NCBI GenBank assembly: GCA_034670305.1
Contig: JAXMNT010000024.1
Location: 44,658-108,657, forward strand
Length of the DNA: 64,000 bases
Direction: 5' to 3'
DNA from: Deltaproteobacteria bacterium
GTDB taxonomy: Bacteria > Myxococcota_A > Polyangia > Polyangiales > Houyiibacteriaceae
Shown one piece after another: positions 9,780-19,077 of this stretch. The notes beneath the pieces were generated by a model. It worked only from the letters and a program-made list of their open reading frames with translations, searched no databases and was not told the origin of the DNA. Positions within the stretch are counted from its first letter, which is position 1. Each line of letters opens with the position of its first letter. Both the position numbers and the translations under genes were made by a program.

Positions 9780-11939
9780 ATGACCTTTTCCCGCTCCGCA
9801 CTCCTTCTCCTCTTCTTGGTCGGCTGCACCACCGGCGGACCGCGACCCCTCCCGATGGAAGGGTTCGATGGCGATGTCGAGTTCGACGCGGGTCCCGTGG
9901 ATGCGCCCGACGCAGGCCCGCTGGAATGTTCGGCGGGTTCGACGGTCGGGGACGACTGCGCCAGCGACCCGCAGTGCTCGGATGGGTGCTTCTGCAATGG
10001 CATCGAAGCGTGCTCGGACGAGGGGGTCTGCGTCGCGGGCACGCCGGTGGTGTGCGACGACGAGATCGATTGCACCATGGACGCGTGCGACGAGATGGCG
10101 GACCGCTGCACCCAGGTGGCGATGGACGAGCTGTGCCAGGACGACGACGCGTGCAACGGCCTCGAAGTCTGCGACACCTCGCTCGGATGCCGGACCACCT
10201 CGCCGCTCTACTGCAACGACGAGAACTCTTGCACGGTCGACTCATGCGACACGGAGATGGGCTGTCTGTACAACCCGCGTGACCTCGACGGGGACGGCTT
10301 CACCGACGGCCGCTGCGGCGGCGACGACTGCGACGACGACCCCCGCTTCGGCACGATGATCTACCCCGGCGCACCGGAAGACTGCATGAACCGCCGCGAC
10401 GACAACTGCGACGGGTTCCGCGACTTCAACGACCCCACCTGCCTGCCGATGAACGGTACCTGTGCGGCGGCCCAGCCGCTCGACGGGCCGGGCACGTACT
10501 CCGGCTCCACCCGCGGGCTGACCGACGACGTCGACCTCTCTTGCAAGACGAGCGGCCCCGATGCGTTCTTCACGTTCACGCTCCCCGAGACCATGGACGT
10601 TCGGGTGACCGTCAGCGGCGCCTCCGGAACCGCCGTCTCGATCCGGCGCGCCGCGGTCTGCGCCGCCGGTCCCGACATCGGATGCAACGACTTCAGCCCG
10701 CCCACGCTGCTCCGCCGAAGCATGGCGGCCGGCGACTACGTCATCGTGGTGAAACAGTCTTCGGGGTCCACCTTCGACCTCACGCTCAACTTCGAGCCGC
10801 CCACGGTCATCCCCCCGGTGGACACGTGTGGTGCCGGCACCGTGGATGTGTCGGCCGGTGGCACGTTCGAGGGCATGTTCGGTGAAGTCGAGGACGACTA
10901 CCGCCTCAACTGCAACGGCAACAGCCGGCGGGACGCGGCCTACACGTTCACCATCGACGAGCCCAAGGACGTCGTGCTTCGGGCCTCGAGCACCGCGCCG
11001 AGCTTCAACACGACCTACATCTCGCTCGTGACCGACTGCGACGACTCCGACAGCACCATCGCGTGCCGCTCGAGCTCCGGCACCGCCGAAGTCAGCGTTC
11101 GGGACCTGCCGCCCGGCACCTACTGGGTACTCATCGAGGACAGCCACGCATCGGCCGGCACCTGGTTGCTCGATGTCTCGATCATGGACCCAGCACCCCG
11201 GTCTCCAGGAGACACGTGCTCGTCGGTCATCGACATCACCAGCAGCACCGGGACCGCCGCTTGGTCGACCGCGGCGCTCGATGTCGGCGCTTCGTGCGGC
11301 ACCTCGTTCTCACCGCGGGACGTCATCTTCACCTTCACGCTCGACACGCCGCGCGACGTGGAGCTCACCACGACCTCGAGCAGCTCCCACTGGACCGCTT
11401 TGCATGAGGAGTGCGGTCGGCCGTCCACCGAGCGCCGCTGTCGCAACGGCGGCACGACCCTGACGCAGAACTTCCGAAGCCTCGAGGCCGGCACCTACTT
11501 TGTCATCGTGCACTCGAGCTCCAGCTCCGGGAACGCGACCGCACGCATCGTGACCAGCCCGCCGACCCCGATCCCGCCGAACGACCGCTGCTCCGGTGCG
11601 ATCCCGATCGTGGGCAGCCGCGTGGCGACCGACACGCTCGTGGACTTCGAAGACGACTTGAACATGGGCTGCGGCGGCTCCAACCCCGACGCCTTCTACG
11701 AGATCACGGTCGCCACCCGCACGGGCATCACCGCGACGGTCGAGCCCGTGGCCGGCTTCACCCACAGCCACAACCTATCGCTCCGCAGCAGCTGCACCTC
11801 GGTTGCGCTCGAGTGTCACACCGGCCGCCCCGCCGTGATCGACACGGTCCTGGACCCCGGCACGTACTACCTGGTGGTCGAAGCGTCCCCGTTCTCGGCC
11901 TCCGACTACAACATCCGAGTCTTCACCTACATCCCGTAG
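9780..11939 (+). CDS. Cys-rich lipoprotein, tandem paralog of 7697..9775
   Basis: Lipobox LVGC; CFCNGIEAC, DCDDDP..YPGAPEDC..DDNCDG; about 4 repeated modules ending PGTY. Confidence 0.8.
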   Translation: MTFSRSALLLLFLVGCTTGGPRPLPMEGFDGDVEFDAGPVDAPDAGPLECSAGSTVGDDCASDPQCSDGCFCNGIEACSDEGVCVAGTPVVCDDEIDCTMDACDEMADRCTQVAMDELCQDDDACNGLEVCDTSLGCRTTSPLYCNDENSCTVDSCDTEMGCLYNPRDLDGDGFTDGRCGGDDCDDDPRFGTMIYPGAPEDCMNRRDDNCDGFRDFNDPTCLPMNGTCAAAQPLDGPGTYSGSTRGLTDDVDLSCKTSGPDAFFTFTLPETMDVRVTVSGASGTAVSIRRAAVCAAGPDIGCNDFSPPTLLRRSMAAGDYVIVVKQSSGSTFDLTLNFEPPTVIPPVDTCGAGTVDVSAGGTFEGMFGEVEDDYRLNCNGNSRRDAAYTFTIDEPKDVVLRASSTAPSFNTTYISLVTDCDDSDSTIACRSSSGTAEVSVRDLPPGTYWVLIEDSHASAGTWLLDVSIMDPAPRSPGDTCSSVIDITSSTGTAAWSTAALDVGASCGTSFSPRDVIFTFTLDTPRDVELTTTSSSSHWTALHEECGRPSTERRCRNGGTTLTQNFRSLEAGTYFVIVHSSSSSGNATARIVTSPPTPIPPNDRCSGAIPIVGSRVATDTLVDFEDDLNMGCGGSNPDAFYEITVATRTGITATVEPVAGFTHSHNLSLRSSCTSVALECHTGRPAVIDTVLDPGTYYLVVEASPFSASDYNIRVFTYIP

Positions 11940-11958
11940 CGCGAGCGCAAGCAAGCGC

Positions 11959-12060
11959 CCCTTGCCCATGCCCGTGCCCATGCCCTTGCCCGTGTCCGGG
12001 CGACCAGGCAGCGGCATCGGCTTTGCCATCGGGATCGCCATCGGCATCGGCATCGACTGC
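11959..12060. repeat. intergenic degenerate hexamer tracts (CCCTTG/CCCATG/CCCGTG, then GGCATC-type)
   Basis: 6-bp periodicity read directly from the sequence. Confidence 0.85.
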
Positions 12061-12188
12061 GCCGGCCGTGGGAGGCGCCGCCTGGCGCGTCCGACCCCGC
12101 GGCCGCAGGCCGCGACGCGGACCGGCGCAGCGCCGGTCTGCTTTGTCGTTTTTTGGACCCTCGCGACCCACTCCTATATCGCTGAGGC

Positions 12189-13022
12189 ATGGCGACGGAT
12201 GGAAAGGTGGTTCGACCGTTTGCGTTCTTTCGAGCGGGAGCTCGTTCGGAAGGAGCGCGGGTGGAACGACCGGTTCTGGTGTTCGAGGAGGTCTACAAAT
12301 ACTTCCGACGGGACCAGCCCACGCTGAGAGGGATCAACCTCACGATTGAACGGGGAGAGTTCTGTTTCGTCACCGGTCCAAGCGGGGCGGGGAAGAGCAC
12401 TCTTCTGCAGTTGGTCTACCGGAAACACACGGTGGATGCGGGCCGCATCCTGTTCTGCGGGCGAGACATCGCGCGTCTCAGAGACGATTCGATTCCGTTC
12501 TTGCGGCGCAACCTCGGCATCGTGTTTCAGGACTTCAAGATCGTGAAGCACTGGTCGGTGTTCGAGAACGTCGCGGTGGCGCTGGAGATCCTCGACATGC
12601 CGCAGCGGCTCATCCGCGCGCGTGTGTCGGAGGCGCTCGAGCGGGTGGGGCTTGCAGGGCGCGGTCGGGATCGCACCGAGAACCTCTCTGGCGGCGAGCA
12701 GCAGCGGGTGGCGGTGGCACGGGCCATCGTGACCGAGCCTGCGTTGATCCTCGCCGACGAACCGACCGGCAACCTGGATCCCCATCTGGCGATCGACATC
12801 CTGACCCTGTTCGAAGAGATCAACGAGACGGGCACCACGGTGCTCTTTGCAACCCACGACCACTCGCTCATGGCGAAACGGGATCACCGCATCATCGGAT
12901 TGGACGACGGACGGGTGCTCGAAGCACGACGTGGTCTGAGCAGTTGGGGCGGCGACGGCGCATCGGACATCGATGTGGCCGAACCCAGGGGTCTACACGC
13001 CGTGCCTGGCTCGGCTGGCTGA
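12189..13022 (+). CDS. ftsE: cell division ATP-binding protein FtsE
   Basis: GPSGAGKST, IPFLRRNLGIVFQDFK, LSGGEQQRV, LADEPTGNLD, FATHD; followed by ftsX. Confidence 0.93.
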   Translation: MATDGKVVRPFAFFRAGARSEGARVERPVLVFEEVYKYFRRDQPTLRGINLTIERGEFCFVTGPSGAGKSTLLQLVYRKHTVDAGRILFCGRDIARLRDDSIPFLRRNLGIVFQDFKIVKHWSVFENVAVALEILDMPQRLIRARVSEALERVGLAGRGRDRTENLSGGEQQRVAVARAIVTEPALILADEPTGNLDPHLAIDILTLFEEINETGTTVLFATHDHSLMAKRDHRIIGLDDGRVLEARRGLSSWGGDGASDIDVAEPRGLHAVPGSAG

Positions 13023-13032
13023 CGAGGAAATC

Positions 13033-13914
13033 ATGGACTGGAAGTCGACCTGGGCGAGGGCACGACGTGGCGTACGGGAGGAGTTTCGGCTCTACCTGGT
13101 GGCCGTCTCGAGTTTGAGTGTGGCGTTCGTGTGTGTGGGGGGCGCGCTCTTGGCGGTGACCAACCTCGATGCGATGGCCGAACGGTGGGGACGCAGCGGC
13201 AAGGTCAGCGTGTACCTGCACGATGGGGCCGAGCGCGACGATGTCTCGCAGATCCAAACCGTGCTCGAGGCGCTCCCCGAAGTGCTCGAGGTCGAGCTCC
13301 TCAGCTCGGCCGAAGCGCGGACGCGGTTTCTGGAGCAGTCGGAAGTGGGCGGTGACCTCACGGCACTCCCGGCCGAGATCTTCCCTGCGTCATTGGAAGT
13401 CCAGCTCGCGCCCGGCACCCCGCGCGCCCGCGTCCAAGAGATCGGGGAGCGCGTTGCCGGTCTCGGCGCAGTGGACGATGTCGAGACGTACGCCGGCTTC
13501 TTCACCCGGCTCGAAGGTCTGCTCTCGGCCGGCCGGGGACTCGCGGGTGCACTCGCACTGCTCGTCGGGCTCTGCGTGCTCGCGGTCATCGGCAACACCA
13601 TCCGCCTCGCGGTCGCGCGGCGGAAGGACGAGATCGAAGTGATGAAGCTTTGCGGCGCCACCGACACCTTCGTACGTCGGCCGTTCGTGGTGGAGGGCAC
13701 GCTGCAAGGCGCACTCTCGGCGGGACTCGCGCTCGTCGTGCTCTTCGCAGGGTTTCTGGTTCTGCGTGGCCACCTCGACGCGAGTGTCGGCGCGCTCGCC
13801 GGCATCAACGCCACCTTCCTTCATCCGGCCATCGTCGCCGCGCTCTTCTTCGGCGGCGGACTCATCGGCGCGCTCGGCAGCGCGTTCTCCCTCAAGCGCT
13901 ACCTGGCCGTCTGA
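13033..13914 (+). CDS. ftsX: cell division permease FtsX
   Basis: TM1, periplasmic loop, then IGNTIRLAVARRKDEIEVMKLCGATDTFVRRPFVVEG. Confidence 0.93.
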   Translation: MDWKSTWARARRGVREEFRLYLVAVSSLSVAFVCVGGALLAVTNLDAMAERWGRSGKVSVYLHDGAERDDVSQIQTVLEALPEVLEVELLSSAEARTRFLEQSEVGGDLTALPAEIFPASLEVQLAPGTPRARVQEIGERVAGLGAVDDVETYAGFFTRLEGLLSAGRGLAGALALLVGLCVLAVIGNTIRLAVARRKDEIEVMKLCGATDTFVRRPFVVEGTLQGALSAGLALVVLFAGFLVLRGHLDASVGALAGINATFLHPAIVAALFFGGGLIGALGSAFSLKRYLAV

Positions 13915-15032
13915 TGCGACTGCGACGTCTCCGGTTCCTCGTCATCGCGTTGCTCGCTGGGCTGGCTGCCACGCTGCCCGGTTCGGCGCAGCCGGCTTAC
14001 CCACTCTCCGCCGGCATTCCGCTGGCGCCGACCCAGTTCGCCCAGCCCCAGGGCCAGGCCTATGGGCCGTACGGACAGCCAGGCCCCGGTGCGCCCAGCA
14101 CCGGTGCGGCACCAGGGTCGCCGCTCGCTCAGATCGAAGGGCAGCTCGCGGTGTTGACCGCAACGGAAGCCGAACTCGAGACGAGCGGCCACGAGATCAC
14201 CGTCGAGCTCGAGCAACTCTCCGAGCGACGCGCGGCTGCGACACGATCGCTTCGCACCCGCGCCCGGGCGCTCTACCGCATCGAACGGGCCGGCATGCTG
14301 CCGCTGAGCGGCGGGTTCGACGCGATGCTCGGCCACCTCTCGCGGCTCGAGCGCCTGCGGCGCGTGGTCCGGTCCGACATGGCCGCGCTCCAGTTCTTGC
14401 GTCAGCGGGCGCGCGCACTTCGCAGCGATGCCGAGCGGATCCACGAACGCAGCGCCGATCTCGGCGTCGAGCGCGCCGGTCTCGAGCAGCGCGCCGCCGA
14501 GCTGCGCGAACAGTCGCGCATCCAGCAGAACTACGCGGGCGCATTCGACCCGCGTCTGTTGCCGCCGCTCCCGATGATGCAGCCGCAGGCCGCGCCTCGG
14601 CCGCAACCGAGCGGCCCGGTGTACGGACAGATCCGGCTCAGCGACACGCCGCGGCCCGAGGTCTCTGCCCGCGGCTTCGCGACGCTCCGCGGCGAGCTCC
14701 CGCTCCCGGTCGCAGCGGGCGGCAACGTGCGTCCGGGCACCCGCGACGGAGCCCAGGTGCTCGAGTTCCAGCCGCCGCGCGGCAGCTCCGCGATGGCCGT
14801 GGCCGATGGCCGGGTCGCGTTCGCGGACCGCTACCGAAGCTACGGCATGCTCGTCATCCTCGATCACGGCGGCGGCTACTACACGCTCTACGGTGGGCTC
14901 GACTCGGCGGCCGTGCAGAATGGCGAGTGGGTGGGCCGCGGCGCCCGCGTCGGCCGCGTGGGCGCGACCCTCGCGTTCGAAGTCCGGCGCGGCACCCGCG
15001 CACTCGACCCCTCCGCCTGGCTCGGCCTCTAG
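13914..15032 (+). CDS. EnvC-like murein hydrolase activator (coiled coil plus M23/LytM domain)
   Basis: Signal peptide, coiled coil, RGELPLPVA, YGMLVILDHGGGYYTLY, LAFEVRRG; TGATG overlap with ftsX; HxxxD/HxH zinc ligands appear to be absent. Confidence 0.85.
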   Translation: MRLRRLRFLVIALLAGLAATLPGSAQPAYPLSAGIPLAPTQFAQPQGQAYGPYGQPGPGAPSTGAAPGSPLAQIEGQLAVLTATEAELETSGHEITVELEQLSERRAAATRSLRTRARALYRIERAGMLPLSGGFDAMLGHLSRLERLRRVVRSDMAALQFLRQRARALRSDAERIHERSADLGVERAGLEQRAAELREQSRIQQNYAGAFDPRLLPPLPMMQPQAAPRPQPSGPVYGQIRLSDTPRPEVSARGFATLRGELPLPVAAGGNVRPGTRDGAQVLEFQPPRGSSAMAVADGRVAFADRYRSYGMLVILDHGGGYYTLYGGLDSAAVQNGEWVGRGARVGRVGATLAFEVRRGTRALDPSAWLGL

Positions 15033-15125
15033 CAGCAGCTGTATTCCGCGAGGTGGGATGGCGTGAACGCTTCCTACGCCGCTGGTCTCGCACACGAACG
15101 GCCGCCCGCAGCAGGACGAATTAGA

Positions 15126-15159
15126 GAATCCGCCCCGCACGAGTGCGTGGGGCGGATTC
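15126..15159. terminator. GC-rich hairpin between convergent genes
   Basis: GAATCCGCCCC...GGGGCGGATTC inverted repeat. Confidence 0.65.
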
Positions 15160-15179
15160 GTTGGTGCTGGGTTCGGGCT

Positions 15180-15563
15180 TTACTGGAACATGCCGTATTC
15201 GGACTGGAGGTGTGCGAGCACGTTCTCCAGGTCCGCGTCGCTGAGCTGGTCGGCGCTGAACGCGGGCATGCGGTCTTCACCGTGCCGCACCAGTTGGCGG
15301 ATCTCCGCCGCGTCGTCCGTCCGGCCGTGAAGGTCCGGACCGACGCCGGGGTGACAGCCCGCGCAGAAGTTCGCGAACACTTCGCCGCCGGCCGCTGCGT
15401 CGCCGCTGACCGGACCCTCGTACTGGCTGAGGTCTTCACCGCCGCCCGAGTGCTCGTGGTGCTCGGGGCCGTCGCCTTCGCCACCGCTGCCGTCGCCACC
15501 GCCACAGGCGAGCGCAACCACGCACACCACACCGACCAGGGTCGCCATCCAGGACGTCTTCAT
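15180..15563 (-). CDS. monoheme c-type cytochrome lipoprotein
   Basis: Lipobox ALAC; CAGCH heme motif; GPDL; distal Met in RMPAF. Confidence 0.88.
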   Translation of the reverse strand: MKTSWMATLVGVVCVVALACGGGDGSGGEGDGPEHHEHSGGGEDLSQYEGPVSGDAAAGGEVFANFCAGCHPGVGPDLHGRTDDAAEIRQLVRHGEDRMPAFSADQLSDADLENVLAHLQSEYGMFQ

Positions 15564-15601
15564 GAATCTGTCTCCGCTCTCTTGTTTCTTGTAGGGCATC
15601 G

Positions 15602-17392
15602 TCATGCGGACGGCGCGTCTTCGCGCCCACGCTTGGTGGAGATCTGTACCAGCTTTTTGGACTGGATGTGCTGCGCAGCGTCCGGGTCGACGAGGTCGCT
15701 GTGACACGAGGCCTTCTTGCCCTCGTCCGCGCCGACCGCGCCGCGCGTCTTGGTCGCGAGGCGGTGGATTTCATCGGGGGGAAGCACGCCGCGCTGCTCC
15801 AGGATCGCCTTCTGCTCGGGTGTGAGCGCGGCCGACTGAACCACCTTGAGCCGCTCGAAGTCGGGATCCTTGCCGCTGGCGAACTCGACGATCTCCTTGC
15901 TGATGCGTACCGAACACCAGTCGTGCCCGCACATCGCGCAGAAGTCGGTGTCGACGTCGAGGTCTTCGTCGTGCAGCGCGCGGGCGAACTCCCCATCGAA
16001 CGCGAGCTCGAAGTGTTTCTCCCAGTTCAGCGCCGCGCGGGCCCGGGTGAGGTCGTCGTCCCAGTCGCGGGTCTCGGGCACCCCGAGCGCGACGTCGGCG
16101 GCGTGGGCCGCGATCTTGTATGCAACGCAGCCCTGTTTGACGTCGTCGCGCTTCGGTAGACCGACGTGCTCCTTGGGCGTCACGTAGCAGAGCATCGCCG
16201 CGCCATGGTACGCCGCCGCGGTCGCGCCGATGCAGCTCGTGATGTGGTCGTAGCCGGGGAAGACATCGGTCACGAGCGGTCCGAGCACGTAGAAGGGCGC
16301 GCCGTGACAGACGCGGCGCTGCAGCTTCATGTTGAACTCGATCTGATCGAACGGGACGTGGCCCGGGCCCTCGACCATGACCTGGCAGCCCTTGCGCCAG
16401 GCCCGCTCGGTCAGCTCGCCGAGCGTCTGCAGTTCGAGCAACTGCGCGGTGTCGGTCGCGTCCGCGAGGCCGCCGGGGCGCAGGCCATCGCCCAGCGAGA
16501 ACGAGACATCGTATGCGCGCATGATGTCGCAGATGTCTTCGAAGAGCGTGTACGTCGGGTTCTCTTTGCCGTGGGTGATCATCCACTTCGCGAGCAAGGA
16601 ACCACCGCGCGACACGATGCCGATGAGGCGATCCTTCACGTACTTGAGGTGGTCGCGCAGCACGCCGGCGTGAATGGTGAAGTAGTCGACGCCCTGCGCG
16701 GCCTGGTGACGCAGCATGTCGAGAATGTCCTGCTCCGAGAGATCCTCGATCTTCTTGCCGATGATCATCGAGTAGAGCGGCACGGTGCCGATGGGCACGT
16801 TCGAGGCGCGGATGATCGCGTCGCGGCAGGCGTCGAGATCCCCTCCGGTCGACAGGTCCATCACGGTGTCGGCGCCCCAGCGCTCGGCCCAGTGGAGCTT
16901 CTCCACTTCTTCGGTCGTGCCGGAGGACACCGGTGAGGCGCCCATGTTCGCGTTGACCTTGGTCTTGCTCGCCCGGCCGATGCACATCGGGTCGAGTTTG
17001 TAGCCAAGGTGCACTCGGTTGGCAGGAATGATCATGCGGCCGGCGGCGACCTCGTCGCGGATCTGCTCGGCGGTCAGGTGCGGCTCGCGTTCGGCGACGC
17101 GCTTCATCTCCGGCGTCACGGCGCCGAGTCGCGCGTGCTCGAGCTGGGTGATCGGTTCGAATCCGGCCGGGGCTTCGGCGAAGCCGTTGGCGCCGCGCGT
17201 CCAGCCCTCGGGGAGGAAGTCCCAGGCGGTCTTGGTGCTGGGCGCCGGCATGCCGGGGGTGTCGGGGGACGAGAACATGAGCGGTCCGCCCACGTCCTTC
17301 GGGTTGGCGAACGAACCAGGGGTGGTGCCGGCCTTCGTGGAAGAAGGGTTGTCGGCGCCGTGCAGGGGCAGGTCGTGTTTCAGCTCGGTCAT
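15602..17392 (-). CDS. thiC: phosphomethylpyrimidine synthase ThiC
   Basis: [58 protein letters not shown]. Confidence 0.98.
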   Translation of the reverse strand: MTELKHDLPLHGADNPSSTKAGTTPGSFANPKDVGGPLMFSSPDTPGMPAPSTKTAWDFLPEGWTRGANGFAEAPAGFEPITQLEHARLGAVTPEMKRVAEREPHLTAEQIRDEVAAGRMIIPANRVHLGYKLDPMCIGRASKTKVNANMGASPVSSGTTEEVEKLHWAERWGADTVMDLSTGGDLDACRDAIIRASNVPIGTVPLYSMIIGKKIEDLSEQDILDMLRHQAAQGVDYFTIHAGVLRDHLKYVKDRLIGIVSRGGSLLAKWMITHGKENPTYTLFEDICDIMRAYDVSFSLGDGLRPGGLADATDTAQLLELQTLGELTERAWRKGCQVMVEGPGHVPFDQIEFNMKLQRRVCHGAPFYVLGPLVTDVFPGYDHITSCIGATAAAYHGAAMLCYVTPKEHVGLPKRDDVKQGCVAYKIAAHAADVALGVPETRDWDDDLTRARAALNWEKHFELAFDGEFARALHDEDLDVDTDFCAMCGHDWCSVRISKEIVEFASGKDPDFERLKVVQSAALTPEQKAILEQRGVLPPDEIHRLATKTRGAVGADEGKKASCHSDLVDPDAAQHIQSKKLVQISTKRGREDAPSA

Positions 17393-17442
17393 CTCGTCTC
17401 CATGTCTCTCTTGAGAATGCAGGAAACGGGTGAGCGGGTGCC

Positions 17443-17525
17443 CATCGCGTTCCCTACGCCGGTACAAACCGGATCAGGTTCGACGGGTACGTCTCAGCGC
17501 CCCATTGGGCGCGCCCCGCGCGATG
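17443..17525 (-). promoter_or_regulatory. TPP riboswitch
   Basis: Minus strand reads GGGG..GCTGAGA..ACCCGTCGAACCTGATCCGGTTTGTACCGGCGTAGGGA, the THI-box consensus, directly upstream of thiC. Confidence 0.95.
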
Positions 17526-17583
17526 CCTAGGACATAGTGCACGTGGGCGGCGTTGGGAAGGGCCGCGGCGGGAAAGGTCGGCT

Positions 17584-18678
17584 CTACAAACCCTGGTCGC
17601 GGAGCCAGGTGACGTACTCCGCGTAGAAGTCGAGGTGGTCCCAGCGGTTGAACCCGCCGGGTTCGTCGCCAAAAAGCTGTCCGACTTGGTCGAGGTGGTC
17701 GGCGGGAATGCATCCGAGGAACCGCCCCCACTTCGCGCTCGAGACCCGGACCACCCCATCGTTGGGCTCCGGGTCGCCGAAGCCGCCGTCGAAGAGGGCC
17801 TCGGCCACCGCGAAGAGCGGGTCGATCGGATCGCGCTCGGCGGCCCAGCGCGAGATGAACGGGGGCGCGTCGCCGTCGGGCCGGCACATGCGGAACGCGA
17901 GGTTCAGATCCGAGCGTCCCGCGATCGAGTAGTAGGGGATGCCCTCGACGTCTGGGTACCGTTCGTTGAAGGCGGCGGCGCCCTCGAAGCTGAGATCCTG
18001 CATGGACCGGAAGATGTCCGAGTCCTCGTCGAGCTCGTCCCAGAGCACGCCGCCGACGAGCTGAAGCAGTTCGTTCACGGCGTCGCGCAGGCGGGGGTCT
18101 TCCGCAGCTGCGTTCACGAGGTCGAGCAGCGGCGTGCCGAAGTGCGGGGTGGAGATGGTGGAGACCGACGCGACGAGATCAGGCCGCGTGTGGGCGACGT
18201 AGCGCACGTCGAGTCCGCCTTGGGAGTGACCGATGAGGTTCACCTTCGCGCGACCGGTCTCGGCCAAGATCATCTCGACGTGCGCGAGGAGCTCCTCCCC
18301 GCGGTGCTCCGAGCCGTTGAAGGGGTCGACCGCGGGCGTGAAGACCTCGGTTTCGCCGAGTTCGGTCTCGAGGTGCGCCGGGACGCCGTAGAAGTAGTCG
18401 GTGATGTCCCACGCGCCGACCGCGAGGGTCTCGAACCCAAAGAAGCCATGCGCCAGCACGATGGGGTAGGGCGCGCCCAGCGGTTCGGGCGCCGCGTCTT
18501 CCGCGGCATCCATCTCGCCCGCGTCGGGCTGGAGAAGTGCGTCGGATCCGGCATCGGCGATCATCGCGTCGACCGGGCGTGCGTCGGACGCACCGGCGTC
18601 CTCGAACGGGGTCGTGTCCGAACCACCGCATGCGCAGAGAAGCGCGAAGGCCGCGCCGAAACCCAATCGAATACTCAC
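17584..18678 (-). CDS. secreted or lipoprotein triacylglycerol lipase (alpha/beta hydrolase)
   Basis: YPIVLAHGFFG, KVNLIGHSQGG, PHFG, PNDGVV, ADHLD; CACGG lipobox-like; start estimated. Confidence 0.9.
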   Translation of the reverse strand: MSIRLGFGAAFALLCACGGSDTTPFEDAGASDARPVDAMIADAGSDALLQPDAGEMDAAEDAAPEPLGAPYPIVLAHGFFGFETLAVGAWDITDYFYGVPAHLETELGETEVFTPAVDPFNGSEHRGEELLAHVEMILAETGRAKVNLIGHSQGGLDVRYVAHTRPDLVASVSTISTPHFGTPLLDLVNAAAEDPRLRDAVNELLQLVGGVLWDELDEDSDIFRSMQDLSFEGAAAFNERYPDVEGIPYYSIAGRSDLNLAFRMCRPDGDAPPFISRWAAERDPIDPLFAVAEALFDGGFGDPEPNDGVVRVSSAKWGRFLGCIPADHLDQVGQLFGDEPGGFNRWDHLDFYAEYVTWLRDQGL

Positions 18679-18775
18679 CAGGACACCCCAGTCTGAACGC
18701 ACGTGGTCGGACTCCACTCCGACGCCGAGCGCGTGAACACCATACGCCAAAACGGGAAAAATGCCCGTGCGTGAA

Positions 18776-18995
18776 GCCCTTGCCCTTGCCCTTGCCCCTG
18801 CCCTTGCCCTCCCGAATCCGAAGCCGAAGCCGAAGCCGCGGCGACGCCGATCCCGAAGCGAATCCGATCCCGAATCCGAAGCCGAATCCGAAGCCGAATC
18901 CGAAGCCGAAGCCGAATCCGAATCCGAAGCCGAATCCGAAGCCGATCCCGAAGCCGATCCCGAAGCCGATCCCGAAGCCGCTGCCGCTGCCGCTT
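18776..18995. repeat. intergenic hexamer tracts (CCCTTG)n plus (CCGAAG/CCGAAT/CCGATC)n plus (GCCGCT)n
   Basis: Direct reading; 6-bp period. Confidence 0.9.
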
Positions 18996-19077
18996 TCCTT
19001 GCCTCCCCTACCAACGCGAAGAGCCGACCGCAGGTTGTGTGTGCGGTCGGCTGATCACGGTCGTTGGACGCGGCGCC

